Source: Gemmatimonadales bacterium (GTDB lineage: Bacteria > Gemmatimonadota > Gemmatimonadetes > Gemmatimonadales > GWC2-71-9). Taken from it: a DNA stretch of 12,028 nt. Positions within the stretch are counted from its first letter, which is position 1. Each line of letters begins with the position of its first letter. The stretch lies in NCBI GenBank assembly GCA_039794085.1, contig JBDIWC010000084.1:1-12028 (forward strand), in the 5' to 3' direction. The position numbers and the translations under genes are program-made. Shown in pieces: positions 1-9,428 of this stretch. The notes below the pieces were generated by a model that saw nothing but the letters and a program-made list of their open reading frames with translations, had not been told where the DNA came from and did not search any database.

Positions 1-119
1 AGGCCAGGTGTCGGGCCGCATCTGGTCTTGGGAGTAGGAACCCCGCAGACCGCGAGCATACCCGGGCAGTATCTGTGGCTCCGAGTGTGTAAGCCTCTTT
101 GGTTCCGGCTCTGCCGGCT

Positions 120-147
120 TAGGGAATGGGGAGTCGGGGGTAGGGGA
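120..147. repeat. Short degenerate G-rich heptamer array
   Basis: Four degenerate 7-mers (TAGGGAA TGGGGAG TCGGGGG TAGGGGA), of the same style as the arrays at 9043-9276 and 10113-10311. Confidence 0.5.
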
Positions 148-155
148 CTCGATGC

Positions 156-214
156 CGTCATTGCCAGGAGGTGGGGATCCGTTCTTGAGGATTCCCGCGC
201 ACGCGGGAATGACG
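156..214. repeat. CGTC-tagged REP-like palindrome, inverted dimer (one intact, one degenerate copy)
   Basis: 189-214 on the minus strand reads CGTCATTCCCGCGTGCGCGGGAATCC (perfect stem ATTCCCGCG/CGCGGGAAT). 156-180 on the plus strand reads CGTCATTGCCAGGAGGTGGGGATCC, a decayed inverted partner. This matches the known CGTC-tagged REP form. Confidence 0.7.
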
Positions 215-428
215 GGACGTGGGCTCCCCTCTGGCGAAAGAACAAGACGACCGAGACTCGCATCCCGCCACCGAACGCGACACATCCCGCCGGGGCTCGC
301 AGTCGCCGACGGGATGCATCGTGGAGGCGAGGGTTCGTCCGTCCTCGCGTCGGGTCCTAAGGCGGGTTCCCGCTCCGCTCAATTGCCTCCGACACCCGAC
401 CGAGTCCGGCCGTCCCCCCGGAGCCGAC

Positions 429-2345
429 TCACGCGGCCAGCACCGCACCTGCCGCGCGGCGTTCCTGCCCTTGACCCGTTGGGGCGCCCACCCGGAACCG
501 CGACACCATGCCTTCGAGTTCCACCGCGATCCGCGAGAGTTCCAGCGCGGCCCGTTCCGTGTCCGACGCCCCCGACGTCGTCGTGCTGGCGGCCTGAGCC
601 AGGTCGCCGATGGTCTGGGCGATCTCCCCCGATCCCTGGGCCGCTTCGCTCACATGCTGCTGGATCACCCGCGTGGTGGCGGTCTGTTCCTCCACGGCCG
701 CGGCGATCGTCGTCTGCAGCTGGTTGATCCGGCTGATGATGCCGCTGATTTCCTGAATGGCCGACACGGCACTCCCGGTATCGGTCTGGATGGCCTGGAT
801 CTTCTGTCCGATCTCCTCCGTGGCGGTGGCGGTGGCCTTGGCCAGTTCCTTGACCTCGTTCGCCACCACCGCAAATCCCTTCCCCATTTCGCCGGCCCGT
901 GCCGCTTCGATCGTGGCATTCAGGGCGAGCAGGTTGGTCTGCTGGGCAATCGAGGTGATCACCTTGATCACCTCACCGATTTCCGCGCCCGACTGTCCGA
1001 GTTTCCGGATGGTGGCGTCGGTCGCGTCGGCCATTTCGACGGCCCGGGCAGCGACCTGGGCCGCCTCACTCGCCGTCCCGGCGATTTCCCGGATGCTGCT
1101 CCCCATCTCCTCGGTGCCCGTGGCCACAGTCTGCACGTTCCGGCTGACCTGATCCGAGGCCGCAGCCGCGGCGTGGGTCTGGCTCGCCGATTCCTCCGCC
1201 GTTGCCGTCATCGACCGGCTGGTCCCCGTCATCTCCTCCGAGGCGGCGGCCAGTGTCTGGGCCGTCTGACCGATGTTCGCCATGCTCCCCCGAAGATCCG
1301 TGAGAAACCGGTCCAACCCCTCACCGAGTCGCCCGATCGCGTCGGTCCCCGCCACGGTCACGGGGCGGGTCAGGTCTCCGCTGGTGGCGGCGGTGACCAC
1401 CTCGAGGATCTGGTCCACCTTGTTCCTCAACTCACTCGCCTCCCGTTCCTGCTCCGCCGCCCGCGCGAGTTCCCGCCGATGCTGTTCCTCCACCACCTCC
1501 CGCTGGCGCCCCACATCCGCCCAGTCCACCACATCCACCGCCAGCGCCTGCTGGATACCCTGAATGGTTCGATTCAGCGCATTTCCCATCCGACCCACTT
1601 CGTCGTCCGAGTCCACCTCCAGTCGCTCCCCAAGGTTGCCACTCGCGACGGCGTCGAGCACCGCCGCGGTCCGGTGCAGCGGCCGGAGGATCCCCCGGCT
1701 GATCGCGATACCGGACAGCAGGATGAGTCCGATCGCGAGCGCCCCCCCCCCAATCAAGAGCAGGGTGCGACTGCGTGCCGCGGCCCGTGCGCTCGCCGCC
1801 ACAGCCTCCCCGTAGGCCGTCACCAGTTTCGTCAGGTTCTCCGCGGCCGCCTTCTGTTCCTCGAAACGCTGGGTGAGGACACCGCGGGCCAGGTCGTAGG
1901 CCGGCTCCCGATCGTCCACCAGCAACGCGGGGATGTACTGTTCATCCATGACACGGAAGAAGTCCAGCGCCGGCGCGGAGGCCACCTCGAAGGAGGCGCG
2001 CACATCCGGAAGGTCCTGGATGCGACTCTTCCACTCGTCATGTCGCGCGAGGTAGTCGGCATGAAGAGCGTTGTAGCGGTCCACCAGCACCGACAGGGCG
2101 GCCTGGTCGGTCTCCCCGGCCATCCGCAGCATCACCACGTACGGCTCGGTGATGTAGAGCGCCGGAGGCGACACGGCGGCGAGGAGTTCCTTCCCCTCGA
2201 CGATGCCCCTGTGATAGGGACCGCTGATGCCGATCCGGCCGAACGTATCGTAGGCCACCACGCCGAATCCCGTGAACCCCACCACGGCCACCGATACGAG
2301 CAATGCGAGCTTGTGCTTGATCCCCCAATGACTGAAACCGAACAT
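429..2345 (-). CDS. Methyl-accepting chemotaxis protein (2 TM, periplasmic sensor, HAMP, signalling domain), 638 aa
   Basis: Conserved hairpin tip [39 protein letters not shown]1 [20 protein letters not shown] and TM2 [44 protein letters not shown]. Start moved to ATG at 2345 (MFGFSHWG), which has GGGAG upstream. Confidence 0.95.
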   Translation of the reverse strand: MFGFSHWGIKHKLALLVSVAVVGFTGFGVVAYDTFGRIGISGPYHRGIVEGKELLAAVSPPALYITEPYVVMLRMAGETDQAALSVLVDRYNALHADYLARHDEWKSRIQDLPDVRASFEVASAPALDFFRVMDEQYIPALLVDDREPAYDLARGVLTQRFEEQKAAAENLTKLVTAYGEAVAASARAAARSRTLLLIGGGALAIGLILLSGIAISRGILRPLHRTAAVLDAVASGNLGERLEVDSDDEVGRMGNALNRTIQGIQQALAVDVVDWADVGRQREVVEEQHRRELARAAEQEREASELRNKVDQILEVVTAATSGDLTRPVTVAGTDAIGRLGEGLDRFLTDLRGSMANIGQTAQTLAAASEEMTGTSRSMTATAEESASQTHAAAAASDQVSRNVQTVATGTEEMGSSIREIAGTASEAAQVAARAVEMADATDATIRKLGQSGAEIGEVIKVITSIAQQTNLLALNATIEAARAGEMGKGFAVVANEVKELAKATATATEEIGQKIQAIQTDTGSAVSAIQEISGIISRINQLQTTIAAAVEEQTATTRVIQQHVSEAAQGSGEIAQTIGDLAQAASTTTSGASDTERAALELSRIAVELEGMVSRFRVGAPTGQGQERRAAGAVLAA

Positions 2346-2409
2346 GGGCCGTCTCCCGGAGTTGTTCCGAACGTTTCCTCCGAGGCGTGACACACCGGAG
2401 GGCGAACCA

Positions 2410-2910
2410 TCACATGTTGGACTTGATCAGATCAGCCACGGCCGATCCCAGTGCCTCCAGGGGCTGCCCGTCACCCTGAGTGAGCTTCACTTCCACGGGG
2501 GCTCCGAGCCCCCGAACCTCCGCCGTCACGGCGTACCCCCCGCTGGCGGTCGGGTCAAGTACGGTCACGATGGTGATTCCCGCCTTCACCTGGGCGGCCA
2601 GATTCGAGACCACGGACGGGGGGAGAACATCATCGTCCTTGTACCCGAAATGCTTGAGGGCCGCGTTCATCAGGTTTCGGGAAATCACCGTGTACTTGGA
2701 ACCCAGGTGCGAGCTGATCCGGTCCCGCAGCCCATTGCCAACCTTCACGGCATCGGCGGGGTCACGCCCTTCCAGAAAGGGGGTCGCCACCAGAACGCGG
2801 GACGTGGCGTCAACTTCCGTCTTCGCCTTCCGGCCGAGAGGGATCTGGGCCTCGGCACTGACGGTGCAGAGGGACAGAAGGAGAAAGAGTATTGCCTGGC
2901 GTGGTGTCAC
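2410..2910 (-). CDS. Secreted hypothetical protein, paralog 1 (166 aa; possibly TolB_N/CsgG-like alpha/beta domain)
   Basis: GTG start with GGAGG RBS. Sec signal peptide [22 protein letters not shown]. By manual count, 94/134 residues are identical to the neighbouring ORF. The fold assignment is inference. Confidence 0.88.
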   Translation of the reverse strand: MTPRQAILFLLLSLCTVSAEAQIPLGRKAKTEVDATSRVLVATPFLEGRDPADAVKVGNGLRDRISSHLGSKYTVISRNLMNAALKHFGYKDDDVLPPSVVSNLAAQVKAGITIVTVLDPTASGGYAVTAEVRGLGAPVEVKLTQGDGQPLEALGSAVADLIKSNM

Positions 2911-3125
2911 GGAGCCTCCATGATGCCTGAGTTCTTGTGAAGGGGGATCTTCCCCGGCACAGTGATTCTCGGGCGCTTCCTCCAGAACTTGAGGTGCCGA
3001 AAAAGGGTGGACGGCGGGGTAGGCCCTCCGGAGGAGGTCCCGGAGGGATCAGGAGGGGAGAGAGCCGTCGAGAAGGATTGGAAGGCCTCATCGGGAAGCC
3101 AGAGTGTTGAACACTTGACTTCCCT

Positions 3126-3674
3126 TCACATCTTGGACTTGATCAGGTCAGCCACGGCCGCCCCAACCACCTCCAGAGGCTCCCCGGCAACCTGGGTCAG
3201 GCTCACCTCGACCGGGGTCGCGAGCCCTCGCACCTGCGCCGTCACGGCGTACCTGCCGTCGCCGGTTGGGGCCAGCACCGTCACGATCATGATTCCCGCT
3301 TCCGCCCGCGCCGCCAGGTCCGGCAGCACCGACTCGGGGAGTAGCTCGTCATCCTTGTACCCGAAGTGCTTGAGAGCCAGATTCGTCTGGTTTCGGGAAA
3401 TCACGGTGTAGCTCGCGCCGAGATGGGTGCTGATCCGGTCCCGCAGTCCGTTGCAGACCTTGACGGCATGCGAGGCGTCCATCCCTTCGCGAAAGGGGGC
3501 AACCACGAGAACACGGGAGGCGGCGTCCACCTTGGCCTTTTCGACCGGGGGCTTCCGGAGGGTAATCTGGGCTTCAGCCCCGACGGCGCTGAGGATCAGA
3601 ACCAGGATGGACAGCGTGGCCAGTCGCGCTGCCTCGGAGCCTCCGGGGGAAAAGAATGCATGGCGTGATCGCAT
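3126..3674 (-). CDS. Secreted hypothetical protein, paralog 2 (182 aa)
   Basis: ATG at 3674 with AGGAGG RBS. Hydrophobic signal ending in AEA|Q. Collinear with paralog 1 through the shared C-terminus [10 protein letters not shown]. Confidence 0.88.
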   Translation of the reverse strand: MRSRHAFFSPGGSEAARLATLSILVLILSAVGAEAQITLRKPPVEKAKVDAASRVLVVAPFREGMDASHAVKVCNGLRDRISTHLGASYTVISRNQTNLALKHFGYKDDELLPESVLPDLAARAEAGIMIVTVLAPTGDGRYAVTAQVRGLATPVEVSLTQVAGEPLEVVGAAVADLIKSKM

Positions 3675-3745
3675 GGAAAGCCTCCTGTGGAGTGTGACAG
3701 GGCACGGGCACGGGGGCCGGTTCGCTCTCCCCCGTATGACCAACA

Positions 3746-3768
3746 CGAAAAAACCCCGCTCCGGGGAT
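3746..3768 (-). terminator. Rho-independent terminator
   Basis: The minus strand reads ATCCCCG-GAG-CGGGGTTTTTTCG, a GC stem followed by a T6 tract, downstream of ccmD. Confidence 0.65.
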
Positions 3769-4041
3769 CATGAGCCCGGCTCTCCGGCGTCGGCCGGTTC
3801 ACGTTGCCCCTGGGGCGTTCCGGAACCGTTCCTGATTCTCGTGGTGCTCACGCAACGGCGAGGGAAACGACTGCGGCCTCCTCGTGGCCGCCGTTCGGGA
3901 GTGAGATCCAGAGAGCGATGGGGTTTCCGACGTCCTGATGTTGGTCCCGATCAGGACCAGGCGGGCGAGGACCACGGCTGATCTGGTGGATGTCCCGGAG
4001 GCCGTCCCCCTGGGTGTGGGAGAGGATGGGAACTTCAAACT

Positions 4042-4161
4042 TCAGGAGACGCGGCGGGTCCTGACCCAGAGAAGGAGGCTGTACCCGAGGATCACCACAG
4101 CCACGACCACGTAGGCGGCCACCATGTACTCGCCGTTCTGGGGAGGGCCGCTAGCCTGCAT
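4042..4161 (-). CDS. ccmD: Heme exporter protein D (CcmD-like small membrane protein, 39 aa)
   Basis: Manual translation gives MQASGPPQNGEYMVAAYVVVAVVILGYSLLLWVRTRRVS*. GGGAGG RBS; overlaps the ccmC end. It has the Y-x-x-x-A-Y pattern, a single TM and a basic C-tail typical of CcmD. Too short for the ORF track. Confidence 0.8.
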   Translation of the reverse strand: MQASGPPQNGEYMVAAYVVVAVVILGYSLLLWVRTRRVS

Positions 4162-4843
4162 CGTGTGCCTCCCGGGCGGCCTCGTCCGTGGCCAGTTGCA
4201 GACCGTAGCGGACCATGACAAACCCCAGATAGAGGAGGGTGAAGACGCCGAAGGAAATCAGCAGGGTCCGCAGCATCTCCGGGGGCATCGAGGGCGCGCT
4301 GGGCTTGACCAGCACCGGCTGGGGGTGGAGGGTCCGGAAGAGATAGACGCTCAGATGCACGAAAGGCACCAGCACCAGGCCCAGTAGCCCGACCACCGCG
4401 GCAAAGCGACCCCGCTCCCCGGGATCCTCCAGGGCGGCCCGCAGGGCGAGATACCCCACAAAGAGGAAGAACAGAAAGAGGGTGAGCGTGAGCCGGGCAT
4501 CCCAGGTCCACCACGTCCCCCACACCGGCTTTCCCCAGATGGGCCCAGTGGTCAGCATGATGACGCTGAACACGAGCCCCACCTCCGCCGAACTGGCGGC
4601 AAAGCGGTCCAACCGTTCATCCCGGAGCCAGAGATAGAGCCCGCTCACGGTCCCCACCAGGCTGAACGCCATCAGGGCCGCCCACGCCGCGGGAGCGTGA
4701 ACATAGAAGATCTTCTGGGCGAGACCCTGCCTCACTTCGGTCGGGGTGTAGACCAGGGCCAGGATGTACACGGCCACCAGACCGAGAAGCCCCAGGACGG
4801 TGAGGACACCGCCGCGGCGGATGATGCGGAGCGCTTTGGTCAT
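4151..4843 (-). CDS. ccmC: Cytochrome c maturation heme exporter protein C
   Basis: WWD domain WGKPVWGTWWTWDARLT, flanking His in IFYVHAPAAW and PFVHLSV, six TM segments, and an ATGA overlap with ccmB. Confidence 0.95.
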   Translation of the reverse strand: MTKALRIIRRGGVLTVLGLLGLVAVYILALVYTPTEVRQGLAQKIFYVHAPAAWAALMAFSLVGTVSGLYLWLRDERLDRFAASSAEVGLVFSVIMLTTGPIWGKPVWGTWWTWDARLTLTLFLFFLFVGYLALRAALEDPGERGRFAAVVGLLGLVLVPFVHLSVYLFRTLHPQPVLVKPSAPSMPPEMLRTLLISFGVFTLLYLGFVMVRYGLQLATDEAAREAHDAG

Positions 4844-5520
4844 TCGTCGAGGATCGCCGGGAAAACGAGAGCGCCAAGGGTCAGGAACACGATGTCGTAG
4901 ATCAGGAGGAATCTAAGCCATCCGGCGATTTCACTCAACGGACGGGCCGCCAGCAGGCGAACCGTGGCCTGGACCGCCACCATGAGCGGGGGAACGAGAA
5001 AGGGGAGAAGGAGGATCAGGAGCATCAGATCGGCAAACCGGGTCCGGATGGCCATGGCCCCGAAGACCGTTCCCACGGCCACGAATCCCACGGTGGCCAG
5101 CACCAGGGTGCCGAGAATTCCCGGCCATGCCGAGCCGAACGTCGTATTGAAGAAGAGAAGGAAGAGGGGGACGGCCACGACCTCCACCGTGAAGACGAAC
5201 GCGAGGTTCGCGAGGTACTTCCCCGTGAACAGGGCCCCGGGCGTCACCGGGGAGAGCCGCAGCCCGTCAATCGCTCCTTGGTCGAGCTCGAGGGCAAAGG
5301 CCCGGGTAAAGGTCAGGGTGGAGGCGAGCGTCACCGTGATCCAGAGGACACTGGGGGCGAGAGCGGAGGTCGGAACCGTGGCCGGATCACGGGCAAAGAC
5401 GAAAATGACCAGTACCAGGGACGCGAACACCACCGCCGACAGGAGCGCCGTCCGGCTTCGCCATTCGATCCGGAGGTCCTTCCCCGCCAGCAACATCACC
5501 TGCCGTAGCCAGGAGATCAC
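4840..5520 (-). CDS. ccmB: Heme exporter protein B (ABC permease), 226 aa
   Basis: KDLRIEWRSR, F..ELDQGAIDGLRLSP, GKYLAN and LLILLLPFLVP motifs. The GTG start at 5520 overlaps the ccmA stop (GTGA). Lies between ccmA and ccmC. Confidence 0.93.
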   Translation of the reverse strand: MISWLRQVMLLAGKDLRIEWRSRTALLSAVVFASLVLVIFVFARDPATVPTSALAPSVLWITVTLASTLTFTRAFALELDQGAIDGLRLSPVTPGALFTGKYLANLAFVFTVEVVAVPLFLLFFNTTFGSAWPGILGTLVLATVGFVAVGTVFGAMAIRTRFADLMLLILLLPFLVPPLMVAVQATVRLLAARPLSEIAGWLRFLLIYDIVFLTLGALVFPAILDE

Positions 5521-6221
5521 GCGTTGCCTCCCGGGCCCGACCGGATCATCCGTTCGATGGAATCCACGCCCTCGGTGGCGGGTCCGTCGTGAACCCATCG
5601 TCCCCCCTGCAGGACCAGCGCCCGGGTGGCCAGGGGCCACACCTCGGCGAGGTGGTGCGTCACCACCAGGAGGGTGGTGCCGGCCTGCTGACGCTCCGCC
5701 AGGAGGGCCCGCACCCGGTCGGCCGCGTCCACATCGAGGCCGGTCATCGGCTCGTCGAGGAGAAGGAGGACCGGTCGGTGCTGGAGCGCCCGGGCAATGG
5801 CCACCCGTTGCGCGGTGCCACGGCTCAACCGTCGCGCCTCGGTGCGCTCCACGCGTTCCAGGCCGAGACTGGCCACACTCTCCCGCACCACGCTCCGCGG
5901 GAGCTCAAACAGTGCCGCGGCGAGCTCGAGATTCTCCCGGACCGTCAACTGGCCATAGAGCTGCGACTGGTGGCCCACCATCCCGAACCGGCTCCGGACA
6001 CCCGGGTTGCCGCGCAAGGGAGTCCCCTCGAGACGCACCTCTCCCCGGCTCGGGCGCACCAGGCCGGCCAGCACCCGAAGAAGGGTGGTTTTCCCCGCCC
6101 CGTTGGCGCCGGCGATGACGCTGAAGGTCCCGGCCTCCACGGTCAGGTCGACCCCCGCCAGGACGGCACGGCCGGCATACCGCTGCTCGAGGCGGGAGGC
6201 CGTCAGAAGAGGATCGGTCAC
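5517..6221 (-). CDS. ccmA: Heme ABC exporter ATP-binding protein
   Basis: Walker A GANGAGKTT, signature LSRGTAQR, Walker B LLLLDEP, H-loop VVTHH. GAGGAGGG RBS before the GTG; followed by ccmB and ccmC. Confidence 0.93.
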   Translation of the reverse strand: MTDPLLTASRLEQRYAGRAVLAGVDLTVEAGTFSVIAGANGAGKTTLLRVLAGLVRPSRGEVRLEGTPLRGNPGVRSRFGMVGHQSQLYGQLTVRENLELAAALFELPRSVVRESVASLGLERVERTEARRLSRGTAQRVAIARALQHRPVLLLLDEPMTGLDVDAADRVRALLAERQQAGTTLLVVTHHLAEVWPLATRALVLQGGRWVHDGPATEGVDSIERMIRSGPGGNA

Positions 6222-6351
6222 GGGCTCCCCTCCTCGGCAGGAGAAGGGTGTGCCGCAGGCGGAAGTGGGGTCAACAATCCGGGGATCACGCGCGGGAATA
6301 TAAGCCGCCCGGTGTTATCCGGCTCCGGCCCACACCGGGGTCCGGGCAGCG

Positions 6352-6660
6352 TCAGGCTCGCTCGATCTCGAAAAGATCGTCCAGCTTCGTCAGGGTGAGG
6401 AGGTACCGAAGTTCCTCGCTGGGTCCCGCCAGAACAACCGCCTGTCGGCGCTCGGACGCATACCGCTGGACCAGCATGAGGGCTCCGAGACCAGCCGAAT
6501 CCACCGACCGGGTTCCGGTCAGATCGATCCGGAGCCGGCCGGATCCCTCGGGCAGTTGGTCCAGGAGGGCCATGGCCTCGGTGCGAAAGGCGGTACGGGT
6601 GTCGAGCCCCAGCGTGGCCGGAGCGGTCCAGGTTCCATCGGACAGGTGCGTGGTCGCCAT
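6352..6660 (-). CDS. STAS-domain protein (anti-sigma factor antagonist, SpoIIAA/RsbV-like), 102 aa
   Basis: IDLTGTRSVDSAGLGALM contains the phosphorylatable DSAG serine; C-terminal LLTLTKLDDLF. ATG at 6660 has GGGAGG 5 nt upstream. Confidence 0.92.
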   Translation of the reverse strand: MATTHLSDGTWTAPATLGLDTRTAFRTEAMALLDQLPEGSGRLRIDLTGTRSVDSAGLGALMLVQRYASERRQAVVLAGPSEELRYLLTLTKLDDLFEIERA

Positions 6661-6709
6661 GTCAGCCTCCCACGCCCGACAAAAAGGGGGTTCCTCCATT
6701 CCTGCAGTT

Positions 6710-6816
6710 CCCACCTTCGGCAGCCGAGCCATCTCGCGTCGGACGAAAGTTCCTTCCGGACGAGACCTCTGGATTTGCGGCCCCGGATCGCTCCGGGTGT
6801 GCTCTTATCGGGCGAG
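6710..6816 (-). ncRNA. GEMM-I / c-di-GMP-I family riboswitch aptamer, A20 variant (candidate 3',3'-cGAMP sensor)
   Basis: Minus strand: P1 CUCGCC..GGUGGG; CGAUAAG-A-GC-ACA; P2 CCCGGA-GCGA-UCCGGG; GCCGC-AAA; P3 UCCAGAG-GUCUCG...CGAGAU-GG-CUC-GGCU; then GCCGAAG. It aligns without gaps to positions 18-49 of the Vc2 aptamer as I recall it. Located in the 5' UTR of the STAS gene. Confidence 0.88.
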
Positions 6817-6862
6817 TCAATTGTGATCCTGCACTCAGGCCATTCGGCCGCGAGGACAGATT

Positions 6863-6879
6863 TGCGAAACCGGTGCCAA
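6863..6879 (-). promoter_or_regulatory. Sigma-54 (-24/-12) promoter
   Basis: The minus strand reads TTGGCACCGGTTTCGCA, i.e. GG-N10-GC, close to the consensus TGGCAC-N5-TTGCW. The predicted start site near 6852 is about 35 nt upstream of the aptamer. Confidence 0.72.
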
Positions 6880-7085
6880 CCGGGGCAACCTCTTTCTCCG
6901 ACGCCACTTGCACCTATCCCCTCCGATCGTCGCGCAAGCTTTGTCACGGCACTCCGCGCCCCCTCCGTGAGAACTGCGAGAGCACCCCACCCCCTTGCGC
7001 CACCGGCGCCGTGCCGGTAGACGTTAGCGGATCGTGTGCCGGATACCAGTGCGGCACGATCCCCACACCTTGACCTTGTCCCCGG

Positions 7086-9042
<1,957 letters not shown>

Positions 9043-9050
<8 letters not shown>

Positions 9051-9276
9051 GGAGTCGGGAGTAGGGAGTAGGGACTGGGTGTTGGGTGTTGGTGTTGGGT
9101 GTTGGGGAACTGCGGGGGCGGGGCCCAAGACCCACGACCCAAAACCCGGCGGAGGGTGAAGGGTGTCGGGTGTTGGGGCGGTAGGCGGTGGGCGGTAGGG
9201 AAAGGGGAACAGGGAGTAGGGGGTAGCGAATAGGGACTGGGTGTTGAGTATTGGTGTTTGGTGTTAGGGGCTTGGG
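9043..9276. repeat. Mosaic G-rich heptamer tandem array
   Basis: Units GGGAGTA, GGGTGTT and GGCGGTA, plus C-rich complementary units (CCCAAGA CCCACGA CCCAAAA). Internal duplication of 9069-9107 at 9231-9270. Confidence 0.9.
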
Positions 9277-9299
9277 ATTGCGTCGAGGTTCGACGACGC

Positions 9300-9336
9300 T
9301 GTCATTGCGAGGGCCCGCAGGACTCGTGGCAATCTC
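9300..9336 (+). repeat. TGTC/CGTC-type REP-like element
   Basis: TGTCATTGCGAGGGCCCGCAGGACTCGTGGCAATCTC matches the widespread GTCATTGCGAG...GTGGCAATCTC palindromic repeat (ATTGC/GCAAT stem). Confidence 0.65.
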
Positions 9337-9392
9337 GTGAGAGGCTGAGAGGCTGTCGAAGCGGCCGTTCTCGACCGGCCCATCCCCATCGG

Positions 9393-9428
9393 TTGACATC
9401 AACACACATCGTTAATACATGTTGATGT
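9393..9428 (+). promoter_or_regulatory. vapBC promoter/operator
   Basis: TTGACA at 9393-9398. A perfect 9-bp inverted repeat, ACATCAACA (9396-9404) / TGTTGATGT (9420-9428), ends immediately before the ATG. The -10 element is only a weak match. Confidence 0.7.

Noticed and set aside
1..59. Start of a minus-strand gene running off the left edge
   Set aside because: ATGs exist at 59 and 21, but too little sequence is available to support a call.
219..2390. 723-aa plus-strand ORF
   Set aside because: Antisense shadow of the MCP in high-GC DNA; no recognisable motifs.
2911..3125. Second riboswitch or sigma-54 promoter between the paralogs
   Set aside because: Only a simple CCCTCCGG/CCGGAGGG hairpin; no GEMM core, and the CGGCAC lacks the GC at the required spacing.
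3799..4038. 79-aa minus-strand ORF after ccmD as ccmE or another gene
   Set aside because: TTG start without an RBS, low-complexity S/T/R/P composition, and no CcmE heme-binding motif or N-terminal TM.
5521..5640. N-terminal extension of ccmB (start 5640)
   Set aside because: It overlaps ccmA by 124 nt; the GTGA-coupled start at 5520 fits the family.
6661..6732. 24-aa N-terminal extension of the STAS ORF (start 6732)
   Set aside because: That ATG lies inside the aptamer P3 stem; the ATG at 6660 has a strong SD and gives a normal STAS length.
6995..7023. TTGCGC-N17-TAGACG as the acs sigma-70 promoter
   Set aside because: The -10 lacks the conserved final T; too weak to call.
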